In this document: positions 10,380-21,831 of the stretch, piece after piece
Layout: every line of letters begins with the position of its first letter
How positions within the stretch are numbered: position 1 is the first letter of the stretch
Source: Podarcis cretensis
Taxonomy: Eukaryota
Direction of reading: 5' to 3'
DNA: 64,000 nt
Assembly (NCBI GenBank): GCA_951804945.1
Contig: OX638153.1
Coordinates: forward strand, 73,718,001-73,782,000
Notes under the pieces: model-generated
What the model was told of the DNA's origin: nothing
Seen by the model: the letters and a program-made list of their open reading frames with translations, nothing else
The model's database searches: none
Translations under genes and position numbers: made by a program

Positions 10380-13300
10380 GATCCAGTCTGGTTACTCTTA
10401 TATTCAAAGGAACTCCCCCATCACCACTATTTAAAATAAAATATTTCTTTTTATTTATGGTTTGCCAGGCCCCAATTTTTTACTAACCCAACCTCATTGC
10501 TTCAAGAACCTAAGCAAACTCCACTGTTCTGAAGTAGCAATATTTTTATTTTGTATACTATACAACAGACAGAAAAATAAAGCTTTTTTACCCCACTTGT
10601 CACTGTTATTTTGAAGACAAACACAAGCCTTAATATGTGAAGTCTATCCCCGTTCAGATTGTACTTAGCCAAATGAGAGCCACATTACCTCTATAAAGGG
10701 AAGTCCAGGACTGTTTGCAAGAAGGCATTCAAACAGATCCATGCTGCTCTCTGACTGCATGCACCTGTTCCCAAGAGTAGGTTTTGGTCTATGTTACCTG
10801 CGATTGGAAGCCATTTTGAATCCATGTGGACAGAACCTTCCAAAATTTCACTGATTTCTATGTTTTATTTTGGTTTCTTAGAATTCCCAAGCAGTGCCAA
10901 GTATGAGGCTGCTAGCATTTTATAAGCCATCATTGCTGATTTCTGTAATGCTTTGTTCTTACAACTCATGAATTTCATATAGCGAGGGAATACTTTTTTA
11001 AAAGCACAAAATACATAAAATATCCATGTGTTATACATATATTCTATCAACACACCATAAAATAACATTGAGAGCTGCGTTTTAGCAAGATTAATTCTTC
11101 AAAACCAGTAAAAACGACAGAAACCTGTACAATTTAATAGTCACCAGGTAGAAGAATCATCCGAAGTGTATGATATCCATTTCCTCAACACCCACAGGTG
11201 TTTGGTTCAGTGCAGCAAGCAATTGCACAAGGCAATCCAGTTGTGGGGAAGCTATAGATATATATTTATAAATCAGAGCCCCTGCAATACACTTTGCTGC
11301 CTGAGAAGAAGGAAAATAAGTTGTTTCCCTTCTCCATCCCACATACAATAACCGCTCAGACTGGCAGTTGAATCTGCTTTCACTTTGGGTAACCAGACAG
11401 CATCCTCATCCACACTCAAATGCAGCATATGAGCTGGAAAGCATAGGGCAGGTTGCATGGCACATACAGCTCTGCTTTCCAGCACCTTGCCATCAGTGAC
11501 TTCCCACTCCTCCTGACCCCTGCTCCCTCCAACAAATGCTGCAATGCAGACATGATGGCCGTGTGTGTCACATGAGCCAAGCAAGACAGGGCATGCCAGC
11601 TGGAGTGGGTAGCCTGTGCTGGATGCACCTGCCTGCCCACTCAGCCAAGATTTCTCCTCTGCAACAGTGCTGATTGCGATGCATTGGGGGAAAATTCGCT
11701 GAGCCAGCTAGCACAGGCCAGCAACAAGCCATTAGTGTTGATGCTGGGGCAGCAGCTCAAGAGAATGGGAATATCTAGATGATCCCATTGTTTCCCTCCC
11801 CAGCAAACTCTCTGCCTAATGGTACTGTTGGAACCACAAGTCATAATTCAACAGAGTAGGATAGTCAGTGGTGACGGTGGACTGCTTTGTTTTGTATCAC
11901 ACTTCTCAAAAAGAGATCCAGTATAAAGTCCTAGTCATCTGTCTTGGTGTACAACCAATGCCAATTTCATGTGGGCGAACAGTCAAACCTCTCACTGACT
12001 TTTTTGAGACTCTGCGAGATGATTTGTCTATTATATCATCTCTTAGTAGGTTTAGTAGATGATAGGTGTCATATGATATAGGAAACAGAGGGGGCACACC
12101 TAAACAGCATTTTATTAAATTTCAGTAATAAAGAGCTTTTTATTATCTCACTATTCTCCACATATAAAAATACTGCTTTATTATATGCTGTAGTAGGTTG
12201 AGATCTCCATATAGTTTTTCAAAGGGTGTGTAAAAAGAAGGCATCCCACGCAACTTTCCTGGCATACTAAAGTTGTCTATATTCTTTTTGCCCTTTCTCC
12301 TGTCAAATGGGATTTTCTATCCAAGTCTTTTCCCTACTGGCAAGCTTCTACAATGATCTCAAACACAGCTGCACTTTCAACTATTAATAGTTATTAGGTG
12401 CATGTGAATATGCTAACCTTTAGGGGGAAAGCAAAATCCATGTCAAGGAAGATTTCATTTCTCATGTAAACCTTGTAACAGAGTATGAATATTTGACTCA
12501 AGGTGCAATCTGCAAAAAGACTGCAGTATCTAGAGCTTTTGTTGTTGTTCTTTTTCAGCAGGACTGGTGAAAAGGCTATTTGGCTTACAGAGACTTAGGG
12601 TAAGATTTCATCCTAAATGAAATCAATGAGAATTTGCTATTAATTTAAACAATAACATGATTTATGCATCAAAATCAACCTGTTTGCAATATGTTTGACA
12701 AATAGAGGATGACCGTAACTCACACTACAATACCTGTGTAGCATCTCTGTGGCCTCCTTTTTGCATTGCTCACATGAAAAGGCAAAGGGTGTGGAAAGGG
12801 ACTGTGAAGCTGCACCCTTGGCCCTACCACCACTCATACACAGGTCAGAACTTGGGAGGCAGAGGGGGCTCATAGGCAAAGGCCTACAATTTTGAGGGCG
12901 CCTACACCAAGTCCCACTGGTAGAGGCGAAGGGGGGTCCTTCGGTAAAGATTATTGCTCATGCATGGCTCTCCACCCTCACTGCCCCGCCCCACCATCTG
13001 AGAAGGAGGGAAAGCCTTTGGGCAGACTACATGACTGAGTTCCAGGATGTGGGGAAGCCTACATCTGTAGGCCTTCCTGCTTTTGTCACTCATGCTAATA
13101 TGTGGACAGCAGAGGAGGCAGTCACACATCATTGGGGATGGGGGCAGAGGTATAGCCCAGAAGATGCATTCTATGTGCTTTACATGTCCATGCAAATAAT
13201 ATGTGAAGAGTTTGTGGCTTCATGTGGTTTTGCTTCCATACTGCTGAGCTCTCAGCAGAACATAACTAAGAGAGGCTAGAAGACAGACCTGACTGTGAAT

Positions 13301-13401
13301 CATGCCTCTTTATTCTGACCTTTGACAGAGAGTCTCTTGTGTGTCTCCAAAATGCCTCAGATACCTTTTCAGAAGCTGTGACTAGGCTTTAGCACACCCT
13401 C

Positions 13402-13406
13402 TAATA

Positions 13407-13454
<48 letters not shown>

Positions 13455-13602
13455 TTATTTATACCCTGCCCATCTAGCTGGGTTTCCCCAGCCACTCTGG
13501 GCAGCTTCCAACAGAATATTAAAATACAATAATCTATTAAACATTAAAAGCTTCCCTAAACAGGGCTGCCTTCAGATGTCTTCCAAAAGTCTTCTAAAAG
13601 TC
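13402..13602 (-). mobile_element. L2-clade LINE 3' end with (ATT)n tail
   Basis: (AAT)n 13402-13453 followed by TTTATTTATACCCTGCCCATCT...AAACAGGGCTGCCTTCAGATGTCTT, the pattern of a reverse-strand squamate L2-type 3' end. Confidence 0.6.
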
Positions 13603-13904
13603 CTAAGAGAAGCCTGCCTTGCTGACCACTCTATTGGCCTCTAACCACAATATAAGACTTTCCTTTTTGAGCAGGATTTTGGTTTTTGATTTTCATTTTC
13701 CCAGGCTTTATATATAAAAAAAATAGCAAATAGAATATTTTAATAGGTGGCAAATCTAATCAGGATCACAGCGTTGGGGTAGAAAGCTAGCCCTTTGTTC
13801 TCCAGAGCAGTTTCCCTATGAAAAGCACTTTCCCAAAGCTGATACTTGCCAGTGGGGGAAGATGTCCAGGGAAGGGACCTTAATGTTTTCCTGCTGTAGG
13901 GAAA

Positions 13905-13906
13905 AT

Positions 13907-13956
<50 letters not shown>

Positions 13957-14100
13957 AAATTATATTTATACCCCGCCCTCCCTGGCCAGAGCCGAGCTCA
14001 GGGCAGCTAATACCAGTAAAATTACAATAAAAACATAATAGGAAAAAAACCAATTTAAAATAAAGGTTTAAATGCAATTTAAAATGCAGCCTCGTTTTAA
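13905..14100 (-). mobile_element. Second LINE (L2-like) 3' end with (GTT)n tail
   Basis: (AAC)n 13905-13955, then TTTATACCCCGCCCTCCC...GAGCTCAGGGCAGCT and an A-rich tract. Confidence 0.5.
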
Positions 14101-14741
14101 AAAAATAGCAGATTGGGGAACAATTTCCATTGTGGAAATAGCAGGCAGTGGAAGGTTTAACCCCTTCCTGATTAAATTCATCTCCCAGCTGCTGTTCAAG
14201 TGTTAAAAACAGAAGGATATCTGATATGGCTCTTCCATGTCACCTTGAGAGACTTAAAAGAATCACAATGCACAAGGGACTCTGGATTGAAGCAAATGCA
14301 TTTTTAGTTCAGCTGAACAGTTTCATAATCTATACTTCTTTTTAGCACTCCTGCTTGCTACTTGACTTTCATTTTTGTCTATGTTATTTAGGCAAAACAG
14401 TTTTAGGTTATTTTCAGTAGCTTCTAGTTTTTAACAATTTAGGAAGTGTGAATTCCTTAGCCTACTGCAAGATTAATGACTGGTTGACTTTTTTTTTTTA
14501 CATAACCAGTTCAATGTGACTCGCCCTATAATCACTTGGGGGCAGAATTAAAATGTGGAACAAAAATATATAATTTATTTAGCCAAACATTTGTTTATTC
14601 TACTCCTCTAAACACTGGTTGCCTTTGCAGACTAATTAGCTAAGCTGTCATTAGAGGAAATACTGCTCACTTTGGACCAAGATGAGATTCAGAAATAGCA
14701 ATCACCAAGAGAAGGGCTTATTACATTACACTAGAGTAGAT

Positions 14742-14905
14742 GGGGAAGGACGTAGCTCAGTGGTGCAGCACAGGCTTTGCATTAAAATGATCACAGCTTC
14801 AAATCTAGGCATTTTCAGGTAAGGCTGGGAAAGACCCTGGAGAATAGTTAATACTGAGCTAGATAGATCAATAGTCTGACTTGCTATAGGGTAAATTTGT
14901 ATGCT
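14742..14905 (+). mobile_element. Degenerate tRNA-derived SINE (Squam2/Anolis-SINE2-like)
   Basis: Head GTAGCTCAGTGG (A box), then GGCTGGGAAAGACCCTGGAGA...TACTGAGCTAGAT...GTCTGACT. Homologous to the copies at 14925 and 31015. Confidence 0.55.
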
Positions 14906-14924
14906 TCAGTGAGTCTGGAACAAA

Positions 14925-15095
14925 TAGCTCCCTGGCAGGGCATCTGCTGTGCCTGCAGAAGGTCTCAGCATCTCCAGGTAGGGCTGGAAAAAACACTCCT
15001 GTCTAAAACCCTGGAGAGCTGCTACCAGCCTGTACACACAACAAGGAGCTAGATGAACCTATTGTCTGATTCAGTATAAGGCAGCTTCCTATGTG
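14925..15095 (+). mobile_element. Degenerate tRNA-derived SINE of the same family, in tandem
   Basis: GCATCTCCAGGTAGGGCTGG...CCCTGGAGAGCTGCT...GAGCTAGATG...CAGTATAAGGCAGCTTCCTATGT. Confidence 0.6.
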
Positions 15096-15413
15096 CTTTC
15101 ATAGTCACACTTACACCGGAACTTAAGCTGTACTACGCCATTATTTTGTATGATTGCACAAGGGCCAAATTATTAATACAGAGCTTCTGAATGCAAAGTT
15201 TTGGTGAAGAGTGGGCCGATGGGGAACTGAGGGGTCCCAGACAGAGAGGAACCTCAGAAAAAATTACAGGCTTTCCGGCAATATTAGAGTTCTGCAAGAC
15301 CACAGAAAGGCAAGAGGATACTTGGCATGGAATGGGGGAGATGATTCCTTGGAACTCCCTGTGCATGCCAGAGGCCTCCAGACAAGTAATAGGTGCAATC
15401 TATGTTGCACATA

Positions 15414-15775
15414 GGGACGCAGGTGGCGCTGTGGGTTAAAGCCTCAGCGCCTAGGGCTTGCCGATCGAAAGGTCGGCGGTTCGAATCCCTGCGGCGGGGT
15501 GCGCTCCCGCTGCTCGGTCCCAGCGCCTGCCAACCTAGCAGTTCGAAAGCACCTCCGGGTGCAAGTAGATAAATAGGGACCGCTTACCAGCGGGAAGGTA
15601 AACGGCGTTTCCGTGTGCGGCTCTGGCTCGCCAGAGCAGCGATGTCACGCTGGCCACGTGACCCGGAAGTGTCTCCGGACAGCGCTGGCCCCTGGCCTCT
15701 TAAGTGAGATGGGCGCACAACCCCAGAGTCTGTCAAGACTGGCCCGTATGGGCAGGGGTACCTTTACCTTTACCT
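15414..15775 (+). mobile_element. Full-length young Sauria SINE
   Basis: GGGACGC...TGGCGCTGTGGG (A box)...GGTTCGAATCC (B box)...(ACCTTT)n tail, with a perfect 13-bp TSD TATGTTGCACATA (15401-15413, 15776-15788). CpGs are largely intact. Confidence 0.95.
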
Positions 15776-16177
15776 TATGTTGCACATACCTGCCTCATAA
15801 ATTTCCAGAATAAGCATGCAACCTCAAGGAAGTGCAGATTCTGGTGGGAGAATAATTTGCCTCATTTGTACATCATAATACATGCTTTCGTTCTGTGTTC
15901 CCAAAAGCATACATACAAGTTCACTAAAACTTCTCTCTGAAAATCCAATGAACATCACATTTAAAAAAGAAATGTGTAAAAATATGTTCGAAATTGGGAG
16001 GGGGGGGGACAATGACAACAAAGTAACACAGCCTGCTTTTAACAGTACCAATGACATCACATAATGCATCGGAAGTGGGTTACCAAGGAGATATGGTTCA
16101 GTCTAGCACGCAATTCTGAACACCTTCATGGTTCAATGAGAGTTGACAGCATTCAGTGTTTGGAGTGTGTGTTTTTT

Positions 16178-16178
16178 A

Positions 16179-16242
<64 letters not shown>

Positions 16243-16244
16243 AA
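16178..16244. repeat. (GAAA)n microsatellite
   Basis: About 16 perfect GAAA units. Confidence 0.95.
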
Positions 16245-16571
16245 ATGACATGAATTGGGGAAATAACCTAATTTAAATTATTTTTCTATGTGGCTAGAAG
16301 ATGAAATCTTATTCAAGTCAAAGGTTTTAGCTGATCCTTGATATTTTAACACGGTAAAATGCTACCAATTCATGTACTATTTAATTTCATGTTGCTGCTT
16401 TGAGGCCATTCTGTTGTAATTGGGTATTTTACTATTTGTTGTAGAGAGGACAAAACCAGTCATACACAATGCTAGACACACTGGGGGTTTTTATGACATG
16501 AATGGGCAGAAGGTAGAATATGTACCACAGCTGGACTATAAGCCACTGTCTGCTGAGTTACTTAGTGAAAA

Positions 16572-16725
16572 TAGGAGGCTGCCTTATAAAGAAGCTCAAT
16601 ATTGTCTCCAATTCTACACCAACTAGCAGTGGCTCACCAGAGGACATTCCCAGCACTACTTGAAGGTATGCTAGGCCCTGAACCGGAGACTTGCTGCATG
16701 CAAAGCACTGACTTTTAGCCCTTCC
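16572..16725 (-). mobile_element. Degenerate tRNA-derived SINE (Squam2-like)
   Basis: AGGAGGCTGCCTTATA...GCAGTGGCTC...TGCATGCAAAGCA, the reverse complement of the family at 14925. Confidence 0.45.
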
Positions 16726-16772
16726 TTTAGTGCCTGCTGGTTGTGGAATTCTTGCAAGGTGTTTTAAGAATA

Positions 16773-17011
16773 GGTAAAGGGACCCCTGACCATTAGGTCC
16801 AGTCATGGCCGACTCTGGGGTTGCGGCACTCATCTCGCTTTATTGGCCGAGGGAGCCGGCATACAGCTTCCGGGTCATGTGGCCAGCATGACTAAGCCGC
16901 TTCTGGCGAACCAGAGCAGCGCAGGGAAATGCCTTTTACCTTCACGCCAGAGTGGTACCTATTTATCTACTTGCACTTTGACGTGCTTTCGAACAGCTAG
17001 GTTGGCAGGAG
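16773..17011 (-). mobile_element. 5'-truncated Sauria SINE
   Basis: Homologous to 1981-2291 but lacking the tRNA head. Perfect 12-bp TSD GTTTTAAGAATA (16761-16772, 17012-17023). Confidence 0.92.
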
Positions 17012-17096
17012 GTTTTAAGAATACAAGTGCCATATTGGATCAAAACTCCTTGCAGAATTAGGATCACTTACTACACATTGGTAGATGAAATAGAAA

Positions 17097-17467
17097 ATAT
17101 GGTACTGGAGCATGTGCTGGCAGCTCAGCTCCAGAGGTTTCTGGAGGAGACTGATTATCTAGATCCATTTCAATCTGGTTCTAGGGCTGGTTATGGGACA
17201 GAGATAGCTTTGGTCGCCTTGGTGGATAACTTAATGCCAAGAACTGGACAGGTGGGAGTGTGTTCCTGTTGGTTCTGCTAGATCTCTTGGTGGCTTTCAA
17301 TACTATTGACTATGGTATCCTTCCAGGCTGCCTTGCTGGGACAGGACTTGGAGGAAGTATTTTACAGTAGTTCCATTCCTTCCTGGAGAAGCAAATTCAG
17401 AAGATGGTGCTGGGGACAATGACTCCTGTTCAGTGCCTTGGTCACTGGCTTGCAGAGCCCCTTAGGG
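17097..17467 (+). pseudogene. L2/CR1-clade LINE reverse transcriptase fragment
   Basis: Translates VLEHVLAAQLQRFLEETDYLDPFQSGSRAGYGTEIALVALVDNL, then after a frameshift LLVLLDLLVAFNTIDYGIL. These match the non-LTR RT motifs QSGFR..GTETAL and LDLS.AFDT.DH. Stops and frameshifts are present. Confidence 0.85.
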
Positions 17468-17494
17468 TTTACAAACCTGATATTTGGGGGAGGC

Positions 17495-17623
17495 CCTTCT
17501 CCTCCCTTGGAGGTTTTTCAGCAGAGGTTGAATGGCCATCTGTCATGGATGCTTTAGTTGAGATTCCTGCATTGCAGGGTGTTGGGCTAGATTATCCTCA
17601 AGGTCTCTACATTCTATTATTCT
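17495..17623 (+). mobile_element. CR1 LINE 3' end
   Basis: TCTCCTCCCTTGGAGGTTTTT...GGCCATCTGTCA...GTTGGGCTAGAT...ATTCTATTATTCT, with a CR1-type ATTCTRT terminal repeat. Confidence 0.7.
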
Positions 17624-17689
17624 CTCTAGAAGCTGCTAGAGCAATGGCACTAATGGAAGCAATATGCTGTGGTGCAGTAACAAGTGTCC

Positions 17690-17870
17690 TTAAAACAACA
17701 CAGCAATTAAAACATGAGAGTCGGATAAAGAGGTCAGGGGAATACCTGTTCAAACAGGTGTGTCTTCAAGAGCTAACAGAATGCCAACACAGATGGGGTG
17801 TCTCTTATTTCAGCAGGGAATGTATCACATTCAGTGCCATCACTGAAAAAGCCCACCTCCATGTCAGCAG
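17690..17870 (-). mobile_element. L2-like LINE 3' fragment
   Basis: AAACAGGTGTGTCTTCAAG...GCAGGGAATGT...GTGCCATCACTGAAAAAGCCC resembles reverse-strand L2 ORF2 end and 3'UTR. Confidence 0.4.
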
Positions 17871-18429
17871 CCTTATCTCACAGGAAGGAGGACAGGATAC
17901 AAATGGAATAGGCAGGAAAACCAAGAAATAAACATATTCACTCATAGTTTGGGCCCGGCTCTTTGCCATGGGTAGTGTATCACAGTTCTTAGAAGTGGAG
18001 AAGAAAATTTAAATGAATGCAACTTTAATTTCAGGTTCAACACGGAGATGTAAGTTGACAAAAAACACTTAAAGGGGTTAAGGGAGATTAAACCTCTTTC
18101 CCTTCCTGACAGCCAAATTAATTCCTACTGCTTTCATTGTGGCTTGGTCATGATTACTAATTTTGCTTGGACTGGGGTCACAAGGTTAGCTCCCACACAT
18201 TTGATTCTGGCACCTAGGAGTTGAAACTCAGGCTTCCAGGTATAATTTATTGCTTTAATCTGTATATGTGAATGCTTACATTTGTCTTTTCAGTTGCTTA
18301 GAGTGCCTTGCCAAATGGGCAAACTATAAATTGTTGAAACAAATCAAATTTGGTTCCCAGCTGCAACAAAGCTTAATTAAGTACACGTAGTTTATTTGCT
18401 CACATGCAACCCTTGTTATTTCCCCTTCC

Positions 18430-18500
18430 TATCCCCTCCACTGCTGAAGCTTAGATTGTAAGCTCCTCATGGCAGGGACCCATCTTTTTGATTTTCTTAC
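18430..18500 (+). mobile_element. Ancient L2 3' end
   Basis: TTAGATTGTAAGCTCCTCATGGCAGGGACC matches the conserved amniote L2 3' motif (AGATTGTAAGCTCC..GAGGGCAGGGAC). Confidence 0.55.
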
Positions 18501-21500
18501 TCCATGAATCACTAATTGCATTGACAGTATTAAAGGGTTTGGCTGCTTTAACACAATATAGTACAAGAAACCCACGGTGCTCCTGTTCCCTCACCACTCC
18601 CAGCTTTGTGCTGGCATTCAGTTCTACACTCAACTGTTGTACTGGACTGGACGATTGTAATTGGAGAACAGCAATAATAGGTTTTGTATCTCTTTCAGTA
18701 GAATCTATGTGAACACAAACCTATAATAAATAGCCACATCATAAACTTTAATTTTTTTAAAAAAAATGGATCTATTGACAAAGTGTTTGAACTAGAAATT
18801 ATGTGCAGAAGGAGTCTTCAACTGGTGTGTTGTGTCTGGAGCTAAGATGGAGCGCATCAGTGGCACCACCTCTGCTTTGTTAAAGGAAAGAGGGAGGGAG
18901 GCGGAGGGAGAGGGATGCTCAAAACTGACCTTTAGTTTCTGATTGCTGTTTTTAAATTTTCATAGGTTCAATCTACCTTGCTCTGGGCAAGTCAGTTGGA
19001 GACCTTGGGAACTTTTACTAAAATGTGTGCAGTCAAAGAGTGACTATAAGACAGATGGCTTACACATTTCTTTCTCCATTGTGAAGTGTATCTGCACTGT
19101 AACTGCAATGCAGCTGCAGCTTTTAGCCAGCCTGTGCCTACTTTTATTGCTGGGCTGAACTGGTTCTGTTCATATCAATATGTTCTGATCTGCCTGGATT
19201 GGCTTGATCAAACAGTTGCAACCACAGAATTTCAAGTGGTTGCAACAAAATCTAATTCCAGAATTCCGTTACTGCTGGGTTTTGGTCGTCTGTAGTTACC
19301 CAGCTGGCTCACCCCATACAACCCTCCCATACCTTTAGGACATGGTGGTTTATAAATGAAGACTTTGAAAGTGGACTTTGAGGTAACTTCATTTTTCTTG
19401 ACTTGTAGTGATTAACATTCAGTGTGACACTATTCTGCACATCAAGCAAGCACTTATGAAACGTTCAATGAAATATAAGAATAGCTGGTATATGTGCATC
19501 GCTTGAACATATGCATCTCTCTACACAGTGAGAATAAGAGCTGCTTATTTATTGGGTAGCAAAGTCCCTTGCTTCCCACAGGCTGTAATTATTTGTTGTC
19601 AATTCAGCTTTTTTTCATAACTGTGCAACATATTCAAACTTGATTTTAGTTCCTGTTGCAAGTTCTTGAAATTACTGTAGTTTTAATCTACTGCTTTCTT
19701 TAACCATATCGTATTTTATAGTCTTGCAGTAATTGCATATGGATGAAAGTCTATCCACTTTGCATATAAAGTACTGTAGCAAAGAAAGAAAGTGAGCCAT
19801 ATTGCCTGAAATTCCAGATCCAGTGTATTAATAATCATCTGCAGTAGTGTCACAAGGTCTGAAGACAGTAAAACAGTAAAACCAAGCACTTTGGAAAGTT
19901 TTGTGCTGTGTGAGGCAAGCCCACCACTGGTCTCTGGTTTCTATGAAACTATATTGAAGCCCAGCACCTAGGCAGCTAGTGAGATCTCCAGCATAAGACA
20001 TTAATTGTATCAGCTCAAGTCTTTTCCTCCCTCATTTATCTGAATCATGAGCTTAACACAATTCCAGTGAGATTTTTAAACAAAATATTTATTTTATTCT
20101 CAGATTTGGATGAGAAAGAGGTGGAGGCACTGCCACTCGAAGAGATACAAGAAAACAAACTCAAAAGAGGAAGCAACTCCTATCTTATAAACAGAGGAAG
20201 GCAAAATGATTACTTTACTCAAGGAGTCATCTGGATATGCACTTCCGCAGCCTAGGCAAAGGGATTTTGGAGACTGTGGGGAGTAAGAAGCATACTCATC
20301 TGTTAGTGCAAGTTCTGCATCATCTTTTAAAAAACACACTACTGCAGATCAACACTTATATGTGCACATTGGTAATGAGATTTGTTGCACAAATGCAGAT
20401 GTGTTTTAAATAATGGCAAGTGATTCTCCATCAATGAATCAGGTGCCTAGATTATTTTTCTTAGTCCCATTACATCCTCTCCCCAGCTTGTTATTCCACT
20501 TATTTTTCAACTTATACTACCAAACACAATTAAGCGTTCAAACACCCACTCTGGATCCAGAATACACATTACTACTTTGCACTGATATACAGCAAGGAAG
20601 CCCAGCCCCTCTCTTCATTTTGCTCTTGTCAAATGACACCAGCACATAATTTGCCATGTCAGCCAGGCTCCTGATGTGTGAAGACTGTAGATATTGTGGC
20701 TGTCAGTGATGAAGTCTGAAGTGATTTATTTCTGAGGCATTAAGAGGGTGGTGCGGGAGACAAAGGCACTTTATAAAAATGACACCTCAGTAATACAAAG
20801 GTAATCTCCTTTTGTCTCTGTTGCCAAATTTGTCTAGCTTTGAGTCAAAACAAAGGGCTGCTACTCTCACAGCACATAAATGACTCAACTCGTGACACCC
20901 ACAACATCCTCTTGGTACTTTGCATGCTGAACGATGTCAGGAAGGATCAACAAATTTGTGAAACATTTTCAGTCCATAGACTTTTGGGAAACAACACTAA
21001 TGACAAGAAAATAATGCTGAGGAAGAGAACACATACAAACCAAGAAGTATAATCAGCTCATTTCCCCTTACGTTAATGTGAACAAAGATACCAGAAATAA
21101 TCACACATTAAAACTTCAGTAGGTAGATTTCTAAAATGCAGAACTGTGTGTGATCTTTATAATAAGAAAGGAAATCATCTAAATTTCATTCCGCACCTTC
21201 CTGATTTCATTCCTTTAAACTTTCACCTGAAGGTACAAAGCATCCTGATTCACATGTTAAATTAAAATACTATATTCCCCAATATTTTTGTTGGGACTTC
21301 ATGTGCTCAAAAGAATGGAGATATTTGGGGAAAGAACTTGATCATCGAGTTGACATTGAGTTTATCTTAGAACCAGCAATATTGCACCACACAGGCAAGC
21401 TGTACATTAGAAACCCAGCTTCAGTTTGTAATATATTGAGGGGGTGGGGGCAATTTACATATAGTGTGCCAGATCCAGGAAATCCTGCTGGAATCCATTG

Positions 21501-21565
21501 ATGATTGAGAAGTGAAGCAACGTTCCCCTCCTGCTGCCTTCCCATCTCTTTTCAAACCCTCCCAC

Positions 21566-21831
21566 TGTTATGTAGTGAAGTTTCACCCTGGGCCAGCAGG
21601 GGGATACTGTATATAGTTTTCACTCAGGTCTGTAGATAGTTTTCACTCAGGTCCACGTCAGTTATTTTAGGCGGGAAACGCTGGGCTGTTGTTGATACAA
21701 TGTTGACAGCCGGCTGCCTATAAAAGCAGGCCGGCTGAGCTGTTTGCAGTCAGTTCTATTCCAGCTTACAAAATAAAGAGCTACTTGGAGAAATCGCTGT
21801 GTTGTCTGCTATGTCAACCCACAACTTAACA
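21566..21831 (+). mobile_element. Solo LTR (266 bp) of an LTR retrotransposon
   Basis: TGTTA...TAACA inverted termini, perfect 5-bp TSD CCCAC (21561-21565, 21832-21836), TATAAAA 21719-21725 and AATAAA 21772-21777. Confidence 0.88.

Noticed and set aside
10096-10434. Near-identical ORFs at 10096 and 52185 suggesting a duplicated gene
   Set aside because: Both are antisense translations of Squam3-type SINE copies.
15414-15490. tRNA gene (also 31252-31325 and 14750-14815)
   Set aside because: A/B boxes are present but continue into SINE bodies and tails, so these are SINE heads rather than tRNA genes.
17404-17931. 175-aa ORF
   Set aside because: It runs across adjacent L2, CR1 and reverse-L2 fragments, so it is a chance chimeric frame with no coherent domain.
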